Assembly: GCA_047947115.1 (NCBI GenBank)
Contig: CP170459.1
Coordinates: 2,624,001-2,688,000 of the forward strand
Length of the DNA stretch: 64,000 nucleotides
Direction of reading: 5' to 3'
Origin: Verrucomicrobiota bacterium
GTDB lineage: Bacteria; Verrucomicrobiota; Verrucomicrobiia; Limisphaerales; AAA164-E04
Below, piece after piece: positions 29,368 through 38,690 of the stretch. The translations under genes were made by a program, and so were the position numbers. A model generated the notes under the pieces. That model did no database searches, was not told the origin of the DNA, and was given only the letters and a program-made list of their open reading frames with translations. How positions within the stretch are numbered: the stretch's first letter is position 1; every line of letters starts with the position of its first letter.

Positions 29368-29739
29368 ATGAATCAGGAACTGTTAAAAAAAGTTGAAGCG
29401 AGCAGTCTTCGCAAGGAGCCTCTGAATTTTTCCGTTGGCGACACAGTCAAGGTCCACGTGAAAGTGGTGGAAGGCGACAAGGAGCGTATTCAGGTTTTTG
29501 CGGGTATCGTCATCGGTCGCCGTGGTACGGGCGTGAATGAATCCTTCACGGTTCGCCGTATCAGCTACGGAGAAGGCGTGGAACGTGTGTTTCCCGTTCA
29601 TTCTCCTCGCGTAGACAAAGTTGAAGTGGAACGCTATGGCGCGGTGCGTCGAGCCAAGCTGAACTACCTGCGGGATCGAATTGGTAAAGCCGCTATGCTA
29701 GTCAAAGAAAAAGACATGCGTCAGCGTAAGAAAAAGTGA
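29368..29739 (+). CDS. rplS: 50S ribosomal protein L19
   Basis: [47 protein letters not shown]. Confidence 0.97.
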   Translation: MNQELLKKVEASSLRKEPLNFSVGDTVKVHVKVVEGDKERIQVFAGIVIGRRGTGVNESFTVRRISYGEGVERVFPVHSPRVDKVEVERYGAVRRAKLNYLRDRIGKAAMLVKEKDMRQRKKK

Positions 29740-29955
29740 TCCCTTGATCAGGAAGCCGGGAGGGATTCATGGGGCCGTCTGAAGAGTGTGTTTTTACATC
29801 TTCCGACGACCGGTCATAAAAAGATGATGAATCCCCTAAAAAAAGGTGGTAATTCCAAAATGCTTTGTTAGATTCCACCGCTCCAACGGAACCTCCGCCT
29901 TCGGATTAGAGGCGGCAGGATCTTTGGAAAAGGTTGAATAACATCGACTAGACCT

Positions 29956-30591
29956 GTGACTACCAATAAAAAAACAGTCAAGAAAACGACCCGTAAGAAT
30001 GCGTCATCCGGTACTGTGGCTGCAGCGACAACTGCCGCCATCCTTGGGATTCCCATCGCAGACGACGAGTCAGATGCATCCGCGAAATCCAAGGTGAAAA
30101 CCTGGAGTTCGACCAAAGTCAAACCTCAATGGGCCAAATACTACAAAACGCTCCTTGAGCTACATGAACGTTTGATGATGCAGATGGATGGATTGGCCAA
30201 GGAATCCGCTGAAGAAATGCAAAGCTATAGCTTGCATATGGCAGATTCCGGAACGGATAATTTTGACAGAGACTTTGCTCTCAGCCTCCTGTCGTCTGAC
30301 CAGGATGCGATATATGAAATTGAGGAAGCATTGCGTCGAATCGAAAAAGAGACATACGGTGTTTGCGAGTTGACCGGAAAATCCATTCCCAAGGCGCGAC
30401 TGGAAGCGATTCCCTGGACGCGTTTTACCGTGGAAGCTCAAATGCAAATGGAAAAGGATGGAATTGCCCGTCAACGCCGACTCGGAACACTTGGCTCGGT
30501 GGACTCCACCGGAGCCACCTCAGTCTTGGATTCCTCCTCGGATGACCTCGATTCTTCTGACAACAAATCTAATAGTAGAGATAAGGACTAA
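29956..30591 (+). CDS. dksA: DksA/TraR-family transcription factor
   Basis: Coiled-coil tip HMADSGTD, then ALRRIE..TYGVCE.TG..IP..RLEAIPW. GTG start. Confidence 0.85.
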   Translation: MTTNKKTVKKTTRKNASSGTVAAATTAAILGIPIADDESDASAKSKVKTWSSTKVKPQWAKYYKTLLELHERLMMQMDGLAKESAEEMQSYSLHMADSGTDNFDRDFALSLLSSDQDAIYEIEEALRRIEKETYGVCELTGKSIPKARLEAIPWTRFTVEAQMQMEKDGIARQRRLGTLGSVDSTGATSVLDSSSDDLDSSDNKSNSRDKD

Positions 30592-30596
30592 ACATC

Positions 30597-30764
30597 ATGC
30601 CACGCGAAATCGTCACCATTGAATGTACTGAAGCACGCAAGGAAGGTAAACCGCCCTCCCGATACATGACCACCCGTAACAAAAAACTGCAAACCGAAAA
30701 AGTGGAGAAGAAGAAATACAATCCATTCCTCCGCCGCCACACCGTTCACCGGGAGATTAAGTAG
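30597..30764 (+). CDS. rpmG: 50S ribosomal protein L33 (55 aa, below the ORF track cutoff)
   Basis: Translated by hand: [55 protein letters not shown]. Confidence 0.95.
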   Translation: MPREIVTIECTEARKEGKPPSRYMTTRNKKLQTEKVEKKKYNPFLRRHTVHREIK

Positions 30765-30795
30765 GATCGCAGCGTAAATACCTGATTTAAACATT

Positions 30796-31050
30796 ATGCC
30801 ACGTAAGAATAACAAGGACAAAGGACGCCGCAACGAACCCGGACGTTATCCTGCACGTACACCACGTCCAAAACCCGTTGTGGACTTTACCATTGATCAG
30901 TTGGTCCCTAGCAATGTCGATTTGCTGCGCCGTTATGTGACCGAACAGGGCAAGATTTTGCCTCGCAAATACACCGGTCTTCCTGCTCCATTTCAGCGTC
31001 GACTCAGCCGCACCATCAAGCAGGCTCGTCAGATGCTGTTAATGAAGTAG
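30796..31050 (+). CDS. rpsR: 30S ribosomal protein S18
   Basis: [22 protein letters not shown]....[12 protein letters not shown]. Confidence 0.92.
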   Translation: MPRKNNKDKGRRNEPGRYPARTPRPKPVVDFTIDQLVPSNVDLLRRYVTEQGKILPRKYTGLPAPFQRRLSRTIKQARQMLLMK

Positions 31051-31081
31051 TAGGTTAGGTCCCCAAAGGATTTTCACCACA

Positions 31082-31109
31082 GCGCCACGGTTTACACCGT
31101 GGCGTTTTT
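31082..31109 (+). terminator. Terminator after rpsR
   Basis: gcgccacgg / ccgtggcgt stem plus T run. Confidence 0.75.
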
Positions 31110-31366
31110 GCGCGTACAAATCTGGAAAGGTCGCCCGGACCAGCCTTTCCCGCGACTGCGTGAATACTGGTCCGTCCACGGGCGATGGCGATGTGGATAA
31201 GGGGTGCTCGAATACAGCAGGCTTTCCGAACCGCGGACGTGTTGGATTCCAGGTGCCACAAGGATTACTCGTCGGGCAAGGCACGCGGTACCCGGTGGCT
31301 GCGTCAAGTTGACCGGATAGGCTGTCCGTCCACGGGCAATGGGGATGTGGGTGAAAAAAAGCTGAA

Positions 31367-32557
31367 TCAATCAGATTGACTTAAGCGTTTTACGGGCTTC
31401 TCGTACATCATCCGATGCGCTTCTTCCAGTATGCTTGGGATTCGATCCTTAAAGGGACTTTTTTCCAGTAGGTGTGCCCATTCGGATGCCTGTTTTGGTA
31501 AATGGGAAACGTTTTGTCCCGGGAACCAGTGCTCGGCGTTGCCCAACAGGTTGTAGCGCATTTTACCCCACCCGACGATGTCCAGTGACTTGGCATAAGT
31601 CCATAAACGAAGGATTTCTACCAAGTTGACCTCGCCCGGCATATCCACATATTCAGGCAAACCTTGCGACCAGGTTTTGGACCAATCCTCTCCCAGCACT
31701 CGATTCATTTCAAGCCGTAGCGCTTTTTCTATGGGGGCCATCGTTTCCTTGGCGTTGTCGTAATGTTCCAGTGATCGAATATGTTCATCAAAATCACTTG
31801 GACGCGCAGCCCCGACACTCAATGTGTGGACTTCGGGTCGTGCCAGACAATAAAGATTGTTGAAGGCCATGGGTGATAGAGGGTCGCATAGGCCAACCAG
31901 TTTTGCAGGGGGCTCATAGAGCATACCTCCTTTGTCGTTTGGACTAATGATGAATACCCCCATATCCCGTTCTGTGGCCGCTTCCACCGCAGGCCAGTTC
32001 AGATCGTTGACGAAATACCAGTGAAGGTTGACGTATTCGAAAGCATCTGTCCGGATTGCATCCAGAATGATATCGGGGGTCGCGTGAGTGGAGAATCCGA
32101 TATGTCTGGCGCGGCCTTGCTTCTTGAGTTCGTAAGCTGCCTCCAGGCAACCGTTTTTTTGGATCGTCCAATCGAGCAATTGCTGGTTGTTGATACCGTG
32201 TATGGACAGGAGATCCACATGGTCCAGACCCAGGTAATTCATCGATGTCTCAAAGGTCTCATAGAACTCCTTTTGTGTCGCAAACGGAGCCACTTTCGTT
32301 TGAATCATCATGTCGTCCCGCTTCAGCTTTGGAAGGACCCAGCCCAATTGCATTTCCGATGTCCCGTAGCCACGTGCGGTTTCGATGTGATTGATTCCCA
32401 ATTCGAGTGCACGATGGATCGTGGCTTCCAGGTTTTCCTGGTTTTTCTTGGGGATGTCTTCGGGGGCGGTGTCTTGCCATTGGTGCTGATAACGCATGCC
32501 TCCGCAGGTAAACACGGGCATTTGCAACTCGGTCTTGCCAAATCGGCGATAATACAT
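31367..32557 (-). CDS. Aldo/keto reductase family protein
   Basis: [39 protein letters not shown]. Confidence 0.88.
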   Translation of the reverse strand: MYYRRFGKTELQMPVFTCGGMRYQHQWQDTAPEDIPKKNQENLEATIHRALELGINHIETARGYGTSEMQLGWVLPKLKRDDMMIQTKVAPFATQKEFYETFETSMNYLGLDHVDLLSIHGINNQQLLDWTIQKNGCLEAAYELKKQGRARHIGFSTHATPDIILDAIRTDAFEYVNLHWYFVNDLNWPAVEAATERDMGVFIISPNDKGGMLYEPPAKLVGLCDPLSPMAFNNLYCLARPEVHTLSVGAARPSDFDEHIRSLEHYDNAKETMAPIEKALRLEMNRVLGEDWSKTWSQGLPEYVDMPGEVNLVEILRLWTYAKSLDIVGWGKMRYNLLGNAEHWFPGQNVSHLPKQASEWAHLLEKSPFKDRIPSILEEAHRMMYEKPVKRLSQSD

Positions 32558-32657
32558 AAGGGGTGTTATGCCAGTTGGGGCCATGCTTTGTCAAAAAAAT
32601 GAAATACTTTGGTGGATTGGGTTTTCCTTTGGGGCTGACGAGACTATGTTAGGTGGA

Positions 32658-33344
32658 ATGAAATCTCCATGGACATTTGTTTTTTTATCTCCAACCGCCT
32701 TTTTTTCGGTGCTTTTAATGTGCTCCATCGGCTTGGGTGTGGCGGCTCAGAATGGGCCGGCGACTTTCAGTGACCCATTTCAAAAGGAGCTTAAGGATGG
32801 TTGGTCCTGGATTCGGGAACATTCCGGGGCTTGGCGCATGACGCCGCGGGCGCTTGAGATCAAGGTCGAACCTGGCAACATGTGGGGAGGCGCCAACGAC
32901 GCAAAAAATGTTCTAATGCGTGACCTGCCAGATGCTGCCGGGGACAAATGGACCGTTTCGGCAACTTTTTACAATCAGCCTACCGAGCAATATGAACAGG
33001 TGGATCTGGTATGGTATTATAATGATAGTTATCAGGTGAAAATCGGGCAGGAATTGGTCGATGGTCAACTGAGCATCGTCATGGGACGTGAAGAAAACGA
33101 TCGCACCAAGACCATCGCCATCATACCCTTGGACTCGTTCGAGGTGTCTGTGAAATTCGAGGTAGACGGCGATGTTATTCGAGGATCTTTCAGGAAAAAA
33201 GGGAGCAAGGATTGGATCGTGGCAGGGGAGACCGATTTGCCGGTCCATGGAAAACCGCATATCACAATACAATGTTATCAAGGTCCTTCCGATCAAGAAC
33301 GTTGGGCGCGGATTAGGGATTTTGAACTTCGATCGATTCCCTGA
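32658..33344 (+). CDS. Secreted ConA-like beta-sandwich protein (DUF1349 / beta-xylosidase C-terminal-like)
   Basis: Signal peptide, then FSDPF...L..GWSWIRE, P...YEQ..L..Y; beta-rich. Family assignment tentative. Confidence 0.55.
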   Translation: MKSPWTFVFLSPTAFFSVLLMCSIGLGVAAQNGPATFSDPFQKELKDGWSWIREHSGAWRMTPRALEIKVEPGNMWGGANDAKNVLMRDLPDAAGDKWTVSATFYNQPTEQYEQVDLVWYYNDSYQVKIGQELVDGQLSIVMGREENDRTKTIAIIPLDSFEVSVKFEVDGDVIRGSFRKKGSKDWIVAGETDLPVHGKPHITIQCYQGPSDQERWARIRDFELRSIP

Positions 33345-33424
33345 ATCTCATGCTTGATAGAAAAAAACAAAATAAAATCACATTAGGACAGTAAATGTCC
33401 CAGGGTGCTGGATAAAGTGGCGGC

Positions 33425-33646
33425 ATGGTTATGAATGCAATCGACATACATCAAGAACGCAGTGTCCGTTTATCGGATAAAGCGAGTGTCAACCGCCGGT
33501 GGACGGAGTTATTCCGGCGTATTGAAGACCTCCCCGAGGGAAAAAGCAACCTGAGCGATGAGGAAAACCCGATCATCGACTATGTTTTTGGACACCGGGA
33601 ACTCGATCTCTACCTGAATCAATTGAGGAAACAGAAGCCTCATTGA
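33425..33646 (+). CDS. Small hypothetical protein
   Basis: 73-aa ORF with plausible composition filling an intergenic gap. Confidence 0.45.
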   Translation: MVMNAIDIHQERSVRLSDKASVNRRWTELFRRIEDLPEGKSNLSDEENPIIDYVFGHRELDLYLNQLRKQKPH

Positions 33647-33717
33647 CTGCTTGGGAATCAAAATATTTCCGGATCGACACTTGAAACCGGATCAAATGAG
33701 CTGTAAAAAGTCTGCCC

Positions 33718-33906
33718 ATGAAAAAATTTTGGTTGCCGACATTTTTGTTTCTGATCACGAGTGCTATATTCTGCTACACCGTGTTCCTGACGGCACGGTC
33801 TGAAGAGGCGGGTGGTCGTCTTATCTGGCCGGTTGTGACATTTTTCTTTGCCTATCTGGGCGCATTCGTCTTCTGGGGATGCCGGGTTGAGGAAGAGCAT
33901 CATTGA
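33718..33906 (+). CDS. Small two-helix membrane protein
   Basis: 62 aa with two hydrophobic segments. Confidence 0.55.
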   Translation: MKKFWLPTFLFLITSAIFCYTVFLTARSEEAGGRLIWPVVTFFFAYLGAFVFWGCRVEEEHH

Positions 33907-34016
33907 TATTTGGCGGATCGTCAACGTAGCCGATGGGCTGCGAGATGCGCCCAGTGTGTCCTGCTTTCGCCGATTTCCTGCTGGATTCCTGTCTTGAGTT
34001 AGGGCAGCATCCTGAC

Positions 34017-35402
34017 ATGAATCCGTATCGTTTCATCCAGCATACCTTGTTGCTTTGCCTGTTGACTGCGTGGAGCGGAGCTTTCCCATTGTCCGCCGCT
34101 CAAACACGTTCTACGACCTATGAATCCGCCGGTGCGATCATGGAAGGGTTTGTCGCTCTTCCTGAGCTGCAGGAGGGCGAATACCGTCCCGGCATCCTTT
34201 TGATTCACGACTGGACCGGTCTACAGGATTACGCCAAGGATCGGGCCCGGCAAATTGCCAACGAACTGGGCTATGTCTGTTTTGCAGCCGATGTTTATGG
34301 CAAGGGGGTTCGCCCGGAGAATCCTCAGGAATGCGGGGTTCAGGCCGGTATCTATCGGGGCGATCGAACTTTGTTTCGCCAACGACTGAACGATGCGCTG
34401 GCTGAGCTCAGAAAGCTCCCAGGCTGCCACCCTGATCACATCGCCGCCATAGGTTATTGCTTTGGCGGCACCGGCGTGATCGAACTTGCCCGAAGCGGTG
34501 CTCCAGTGCTGGGGGTTGTCTCCTTTCATGGCGGGTTGGATTCACCTAAACCAGAGGATGGGCAGCACATCCAAGGTAAAGTCCTGGTGTTGCACGGCGC
34601 AGATGACCCATTCGTTTCCAAGGAAAATCTCACTGCGTTTGTCGCTGAAATGAACCGGTGGAACGTTGATTGGCAGATGGTCAGTTACGGGGGAGCGGTG
34701 CATTCTTTTACCAAGAAAGAGGCAGGTGACAACAAGGAGTCAGGGGCTGCTTACAATGCCGATGCCGACCGCCGGAGTTGGCGTCACATGAAACAATTCT
34801 TCACCGAAATTTTCCCGCATGCCCAGAAGGGTTGGTCTTCGCTTTTTGATGGACGGAGTTTGACCGGTTGGGTTCAGAAAAATGGAACCGCAACGTATGA
34901 GGTACAAGACGGCGTTATCCTTGGAACCACTTCTGAAGGAAGTCCGAATTCCTTCCTTTGTACCACGCGTGATTACCGGGATTTTGAACTGTTGTTCGAA
35001 GTGAACGTCGATGACAGTCTTAATTCGGGGGTGCAGATTCGATCCAGAAGCTTGGGCACCTTCAACGACGGGCGTGTGCACGGTCCCCAGGTGGAGATTG
35101 CCACCAATGGTGATGCTGGATGGGTGTATGGAGAAGCACTTGGGACAGGATGGCTGAGCGCCGATCGGAGCGACGAGAACGCGAGAGCCGCGTTCAAAAA
35201 GGGGGAATGGAACAAATATCGCGTGCGGGCGGTGGGGAATCACATCAGGACCTGGATCAATGGCATCCCGGTGGCCGATCTTCAAGGCGATGAAAACAGT
35301 TTCAAAGAAGGATTCATAGGGCTTCAGGTGCATGGTATTCAAAAAGGCACCGGCCCCTATGAAGTTCGGTGGCGCAATATCTACCTCAAATCCCTGGAGT
35401 GA
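34017..35402 (+). CDS. Secreted dienelactone hydrolase-family protein fused to a DUF1080 (3-keto-disaccharide hydrolase-like) domain
   Basis: GYCFGG nucleophile, HGADD and HSFT motifs; then LFDGRSLTGW, NSGVQIRS, WNKYRV..GNHI..WING and GFIGLQVH. Confidence 0.85.
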   Translation: MNPYRFIQHTLLLCLLTAWSGAFPLSAAQTRSTTYESAGAIMEGFVALPELQEGEYRPGILLIHDWTGLQDYAKDRARQIANELGYVCFAADVYGKGVRPENPQECGVQAGIYRGDRTLFRQRLNDALAELRKLPGCHPDHIAAIGYCFGGTGVIELARSGAPVLGVVSFHGGLDSPKPEDGQHIQGKVLVLHGADDPFVSKENLTAFVAEMNRWNVDWQMVSYGGAVHSFTKKEAGDNKESGAAYNADADRRSWRHMKQFFTEIFPHAQKGWSSLFDGRSLTGWVQKNGTATYEVQDGVILGTTSEGSPNSFLCTTRDYRDFELLFEVNVDDSLNSGVQIRSRSLGTFNDGRVHGPQVEIATNGDAGWVYGEALGTGWLSADRSDENARAAFKKGEWNKYRVRAVGNHIRTWINGIPVADLQGDENSFKEGFIGLQVHGIQKGTGPYEVRWRNIYLKSLE

Positions 35403-35508
35403 TCTTTTCCGTAACTTCGGGGGGGATCATGGTTGTCACATTGCATGACAAGCAATATCCAAAGGTAAACTTTTATTGTTTGGACCGAAGCAACATCAAC
35501 TCATCAAT

Positions 35509-36093
35509 ATGAACAAGAAAAACCTGCCCTGGATGGGCGCATTGTTTGGGCTCCTGCTTTCCGTATCCGGATTGCAGGCCGATCATCACGAAGCAGCCGA
35601 CTTGAATGTGGGGGACAAAGCTCCTGAATTCACCGCCATCGATCAGGATGGTCACCTTTGGAAAACTTCCTCATTGAAAGGGGAAAAAAACCTGGTGGTT
35701 TACTTTTACCCGGCAGCCATGACCGGTGGATGTACCAAACAGGCCTGCGCCTTTCGTGATGACGCTTCCAAATTGAAAGATCTGGACACAGTTGTCGTGG
35801 GCGTCAGTGGCGATGCCCCTGCCGGCTTGAAAGTGTTTCAGCAGACCCATGATTTGAACTTTGACTTGTTGGCCGACTACAACGGGGCCATTGCCAAAGC
35901 CTTTGGTGTACCGCTGCGCGATGGAGGGACGATCGAGCGCCAATTCCTTGGCAAAGCTGTTTCCCTCGAGCGCGGTGTGACCGCCAGCCGATGGACCTTC
36001 GTCATCAATAAGGAAGGCAAAGTGATCTACAAGAACACCAAGGTGGAAGCCGCCCAGGACAGCGCCAATGTGATTGCCGTCCTGAGCAAATAA
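35509..36093 (+). CDS. Exported peroxiredoxin (BCP/PrxQ type)
   Basis: VGDKAPEF and YFYPAAMTGGCTKQAC; signal peptide. Confidence 0.88.
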   Translation: MNKKNLPWMGALFGLLLSVSGLQADHHEAADLNVGDKAPEFTAIDQDGHLWKTSSLKGEKNLVVYFYPAAMTGGCTKQACAFRDDASKLKDLDTVVVGVSGDAPAGLKVFQQTHDLNFDLLADYNGAIAKAFGVPLRDGGTIERQFLGKAVSLERGVTASRWTFVINKEGKVIYKNTKVEAAQDSANVIAVLSK

Positions 36094-36134
36094 AACGGTT
36101 GCCGATTGGTAACATTTCCGTCACCATTTTGGTG

Positions 36135-36179
36135 AGCCCGAAAGGTAGAGTGAATCTAACCTTTCGGGCTGTTTTTTTT
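36135..36179 (+). terminator. Terminator after peroxiredoxin
   Basis: agcccgaaagg / cctttcgggct stem plus T8. Confidence 0.8.
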
Positions 36180-36209
36180 GTATAAACGCATTGAACAGGA
36201 AAATGAATC

Positions 36210-38300
36210 ATGATCATTGAACGGTTCCAACATGATGGTGACTGCCGCATCAGATTTTTTGCGGTTTTGATGTGGATTGTTTTGTCTTTGAGTGCTGCAT
36301 CCGCCTCGGAGGTGATGTCCATTGGTCAATTGCGCTCCGGTCGTCCGGTGGCCGGGGCTCCTTTTGATATTCGTCCGCGGCATGAAGGCACAACAGTGCG
36401 AGTGCAGGGAGTGATTCATCAGAAACTCCTCTGGCCGGGCAGTCAATCGGATCGTCCGAATCATGCGTTCTTGATTCAAAACCTTCCGGACCATGCTGAC
36501 GGCAATGACAGCACCTCCGATGGGCTGCTCGTTTACACTGGCAAACCGGTTCTTCCACGCGAAGGGCGGGACGCCGATTACCTGCCACGCGTGGGGGATT
36601 GGGTTGTGTTGGAAGGACGGCTGCAACATCGATATGGCCAGACTGAACTCAGTCGTCCTCGTCTCATTCAAGTGGTAAAGACAGAGTTGGACCTGTCATC
36701 CGCATTGCCATTCATTGAGTTGAAACCCTTTCCAGATCGGGCCAAAACGCTTTCCTACCTGGAACGTTTGGAAGGGATGAGAGTGACACTTCCCGCTGAT
36801 GCTTTGGTGGTATCCGGGAGAAAAGTGATTGGAAGTGGGATCGAATCCTACGCCTGGCTGATACCGGCATCCGCCCCAGTCGCTCTCAGATCGCAACCCT
36901 ATTACAATCGGGTTTTTCGTGATGCGCATCCATTGGATGATATTCCTAATACTTTATTCGATAACGATAACGGTTTCAGGATTCTCTTGGGAAGTCATGG
37001 AATCAAAGGGTTGACCGGGCGGGCCGATGCATTACTGCCCGCTTTGCGCGTGGGAGATCGTTTGACACAGGCTTGTGTAGGCGGGGTGATTTACTCTTAT
37101 CAGCAGTACAAAATCATGCCAATGCAAGTTCCTGATTTTGAGCGAGGACTGGACCCGGCTGAGAATATCATTCCTGAAGTGTTCGAGCGAGATTCAACTG
37201 CAGCAGGGGTGCGGCTTGCCACCTTTAATGTGGAAAATCTCTATGATCATCGGGACGATCCATCTGATCCTTGTGATGCCTTCGATGACCCTGGTAACCA
37301 AACTATCCAACCGCCATTCAACTATTTACCGGCAAACGAGACCCTTTACCGGAATCGGCTGGCAGGTTTGGCTAAACAGGTTGTTTTTGATATGAAGGAG
37401 CCAGAATTGATTCTGGTGCAAGAATTTGAAGATCAAGATATCTTGAGTTTTGGAGAAGCCGGTAAAACCTTTCCCAAGCCTGGATCTGATGGATTACCTG
37501 ATGTGCTTCAGGAATGGTCACGCGTGATTCGATCCATGGGAGGTCCTTACTATGGGGTCGCCCAACACCGAAAAGGGGCCGATGCCAGGGGGATCAGTTG
37601 TGGATTCCTTTTCCGTACCGATAGAGTGAAGCTTAAGCCATTGGGACAGAAAGGTTCCTGGCTAAGCAAAGTGAGGCAAACCTTCCCCGCGGCTCAAATG
37701 TTAGGCGATGCTTCTAAAGCTGTGCCTCTGGCCATTCAATCCGTTCGCCCCAAACCGGATCAGGATGGATCGATCGTTTATGCCCGGCCACCTCAAATAG
37801 CTCGATTTCAGTTTGAGGCCGAAGGGCAGTATGTTGGAATGGAGTTGGTTGTGATCAATGCGCACTTTGCCAGCCGACCCAATGAACGTGTTGCTCTCCG
37901 TCGTGATCAGTCATCATTAGTGGCTGAGTTTGGCAAAGCATGGGTAGAGGCGAATCCCGGGGTGGGGGTGGTTATCGGAGGAGATTTGAACGTGTTTCCG
38001 CGTCCCGATGATCCATTCAGCCAGACTCAATCCGACCAATTGGGAGCCTTATACGGATCTGGCGCACTTTCGGTCTACGATTGGATTGTGAAGCGTAAGC
38101 CGGAGAATGCGTATTCCTATGTGTATGATGGACAATCGCAAACATTGGATCACCTCTTCATGGTCGGAGAAGTCAAAGACAGGTTCCACAGCGCGACATT
38201 CCTGCACATCAACTGTGATTGGCCTGATCGAGTCGATGATTCAGGCAACTCACCGCGCGGGATCAGTGATCATGATCCGCTCATTGTATCTTTTCGGTAA
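36210..38300 (+). CDS. Extracellular endonuclease/exonuclease/phosphatase (ExeM/NucH-like, with OB fold)
   Basis: TSDGLLVYT..VGD.V...G, LERLEGMRV, ATFNVENL, VQE, GGDLN, YSYVYDG....LDH, SDHDP. Confidence 0.85.
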   Translation: MIIERFQHDGDCRIRFFAVLMWIVLSLSAASASEVMSIGQLRSGRPVAGAPFDIRPRHEGTTVRVQGVIHQKLLWPGSQSDRPNHAFLIQNLPDHADGNDSTSDGLLVYTGKPVLPREGRDADYLPRVGDWVVLEGRLQHRYGQTELSRPRLIQVVKTELDLSSALPFIELKPFPDRAKTLSYLERLEGMRVTLPADALVVSGRKVIGSGIESYAWLIPASAPVALRSQPYYNRVFRDAHPLDDIPNTLFDNDNGFRILLGSHGIKGLTGRADALLPALRVGDRLTQACVGGVIYSYQQYKIMPMQVPDFERGLDPAENIIPEVFERDSTAAGVRLATFNVENLYDHRDDPSDPCDAFDDPGNQTIQPPFNYLPANETLYRNRLAGLAKQVVFDMKEPELILVQEFEDQDILSFGEAGKTFPKPGSDGLPDVLQEWSRVIRSMGGPYYGVAQHRKGADARGISCGFLFRTDRVKLKPLGQKGSWLSKVRQTFPAAQMLGDASKAVPLAIQSVRPKPDQDGSIVYARPPQIARFQFEAEGQYVGMELVVINAHFASRPNERVALRRDQSSLVAEFGKAWVEANPGVGVVIGGDLNVFPRPDDPFSQTQSDQLGALYGSGALSVYDWIVKRKPENAYSYVYDGQSQTLDHLFMVGEVKDRFHSATFLHINCDWPDRVDDSGNSPRGISDHDPLIVSFR

Positions 38301-38690
38301 TGATTGCTGTATTTGTATCCATCATGCAGGCAACATATTGTGAATTAAGGTTGCGCTTTTTGGAGTGCAGTGGGCAAGACACCACTCTGGATACAGTACG
38401 AATTCCAAAACCTGCTCAAATGCAAAAATCATGACTGACACCTCACAGATGCCGCTCCCGGGGGGGGGGGTAAGGGCATCTTTTCCCTGGGGTATCCAGA
38501 GCAAGAGCAGTGTCAGGACCACCGTACTCCGGAATGGATCTTGGTTTCAGCTGGTCTTACTGATTGTGTATTGGTTATGGCAGTTTTGTGACGTTTTCAT
38601 TCTTCTGCGTTGACGTTTTTGTGGCTCCTTGTATAGGCTGGCTTCTTCCCAGAGCTATTTTAGCTAACAACCAAACAACACACTTGAAGT

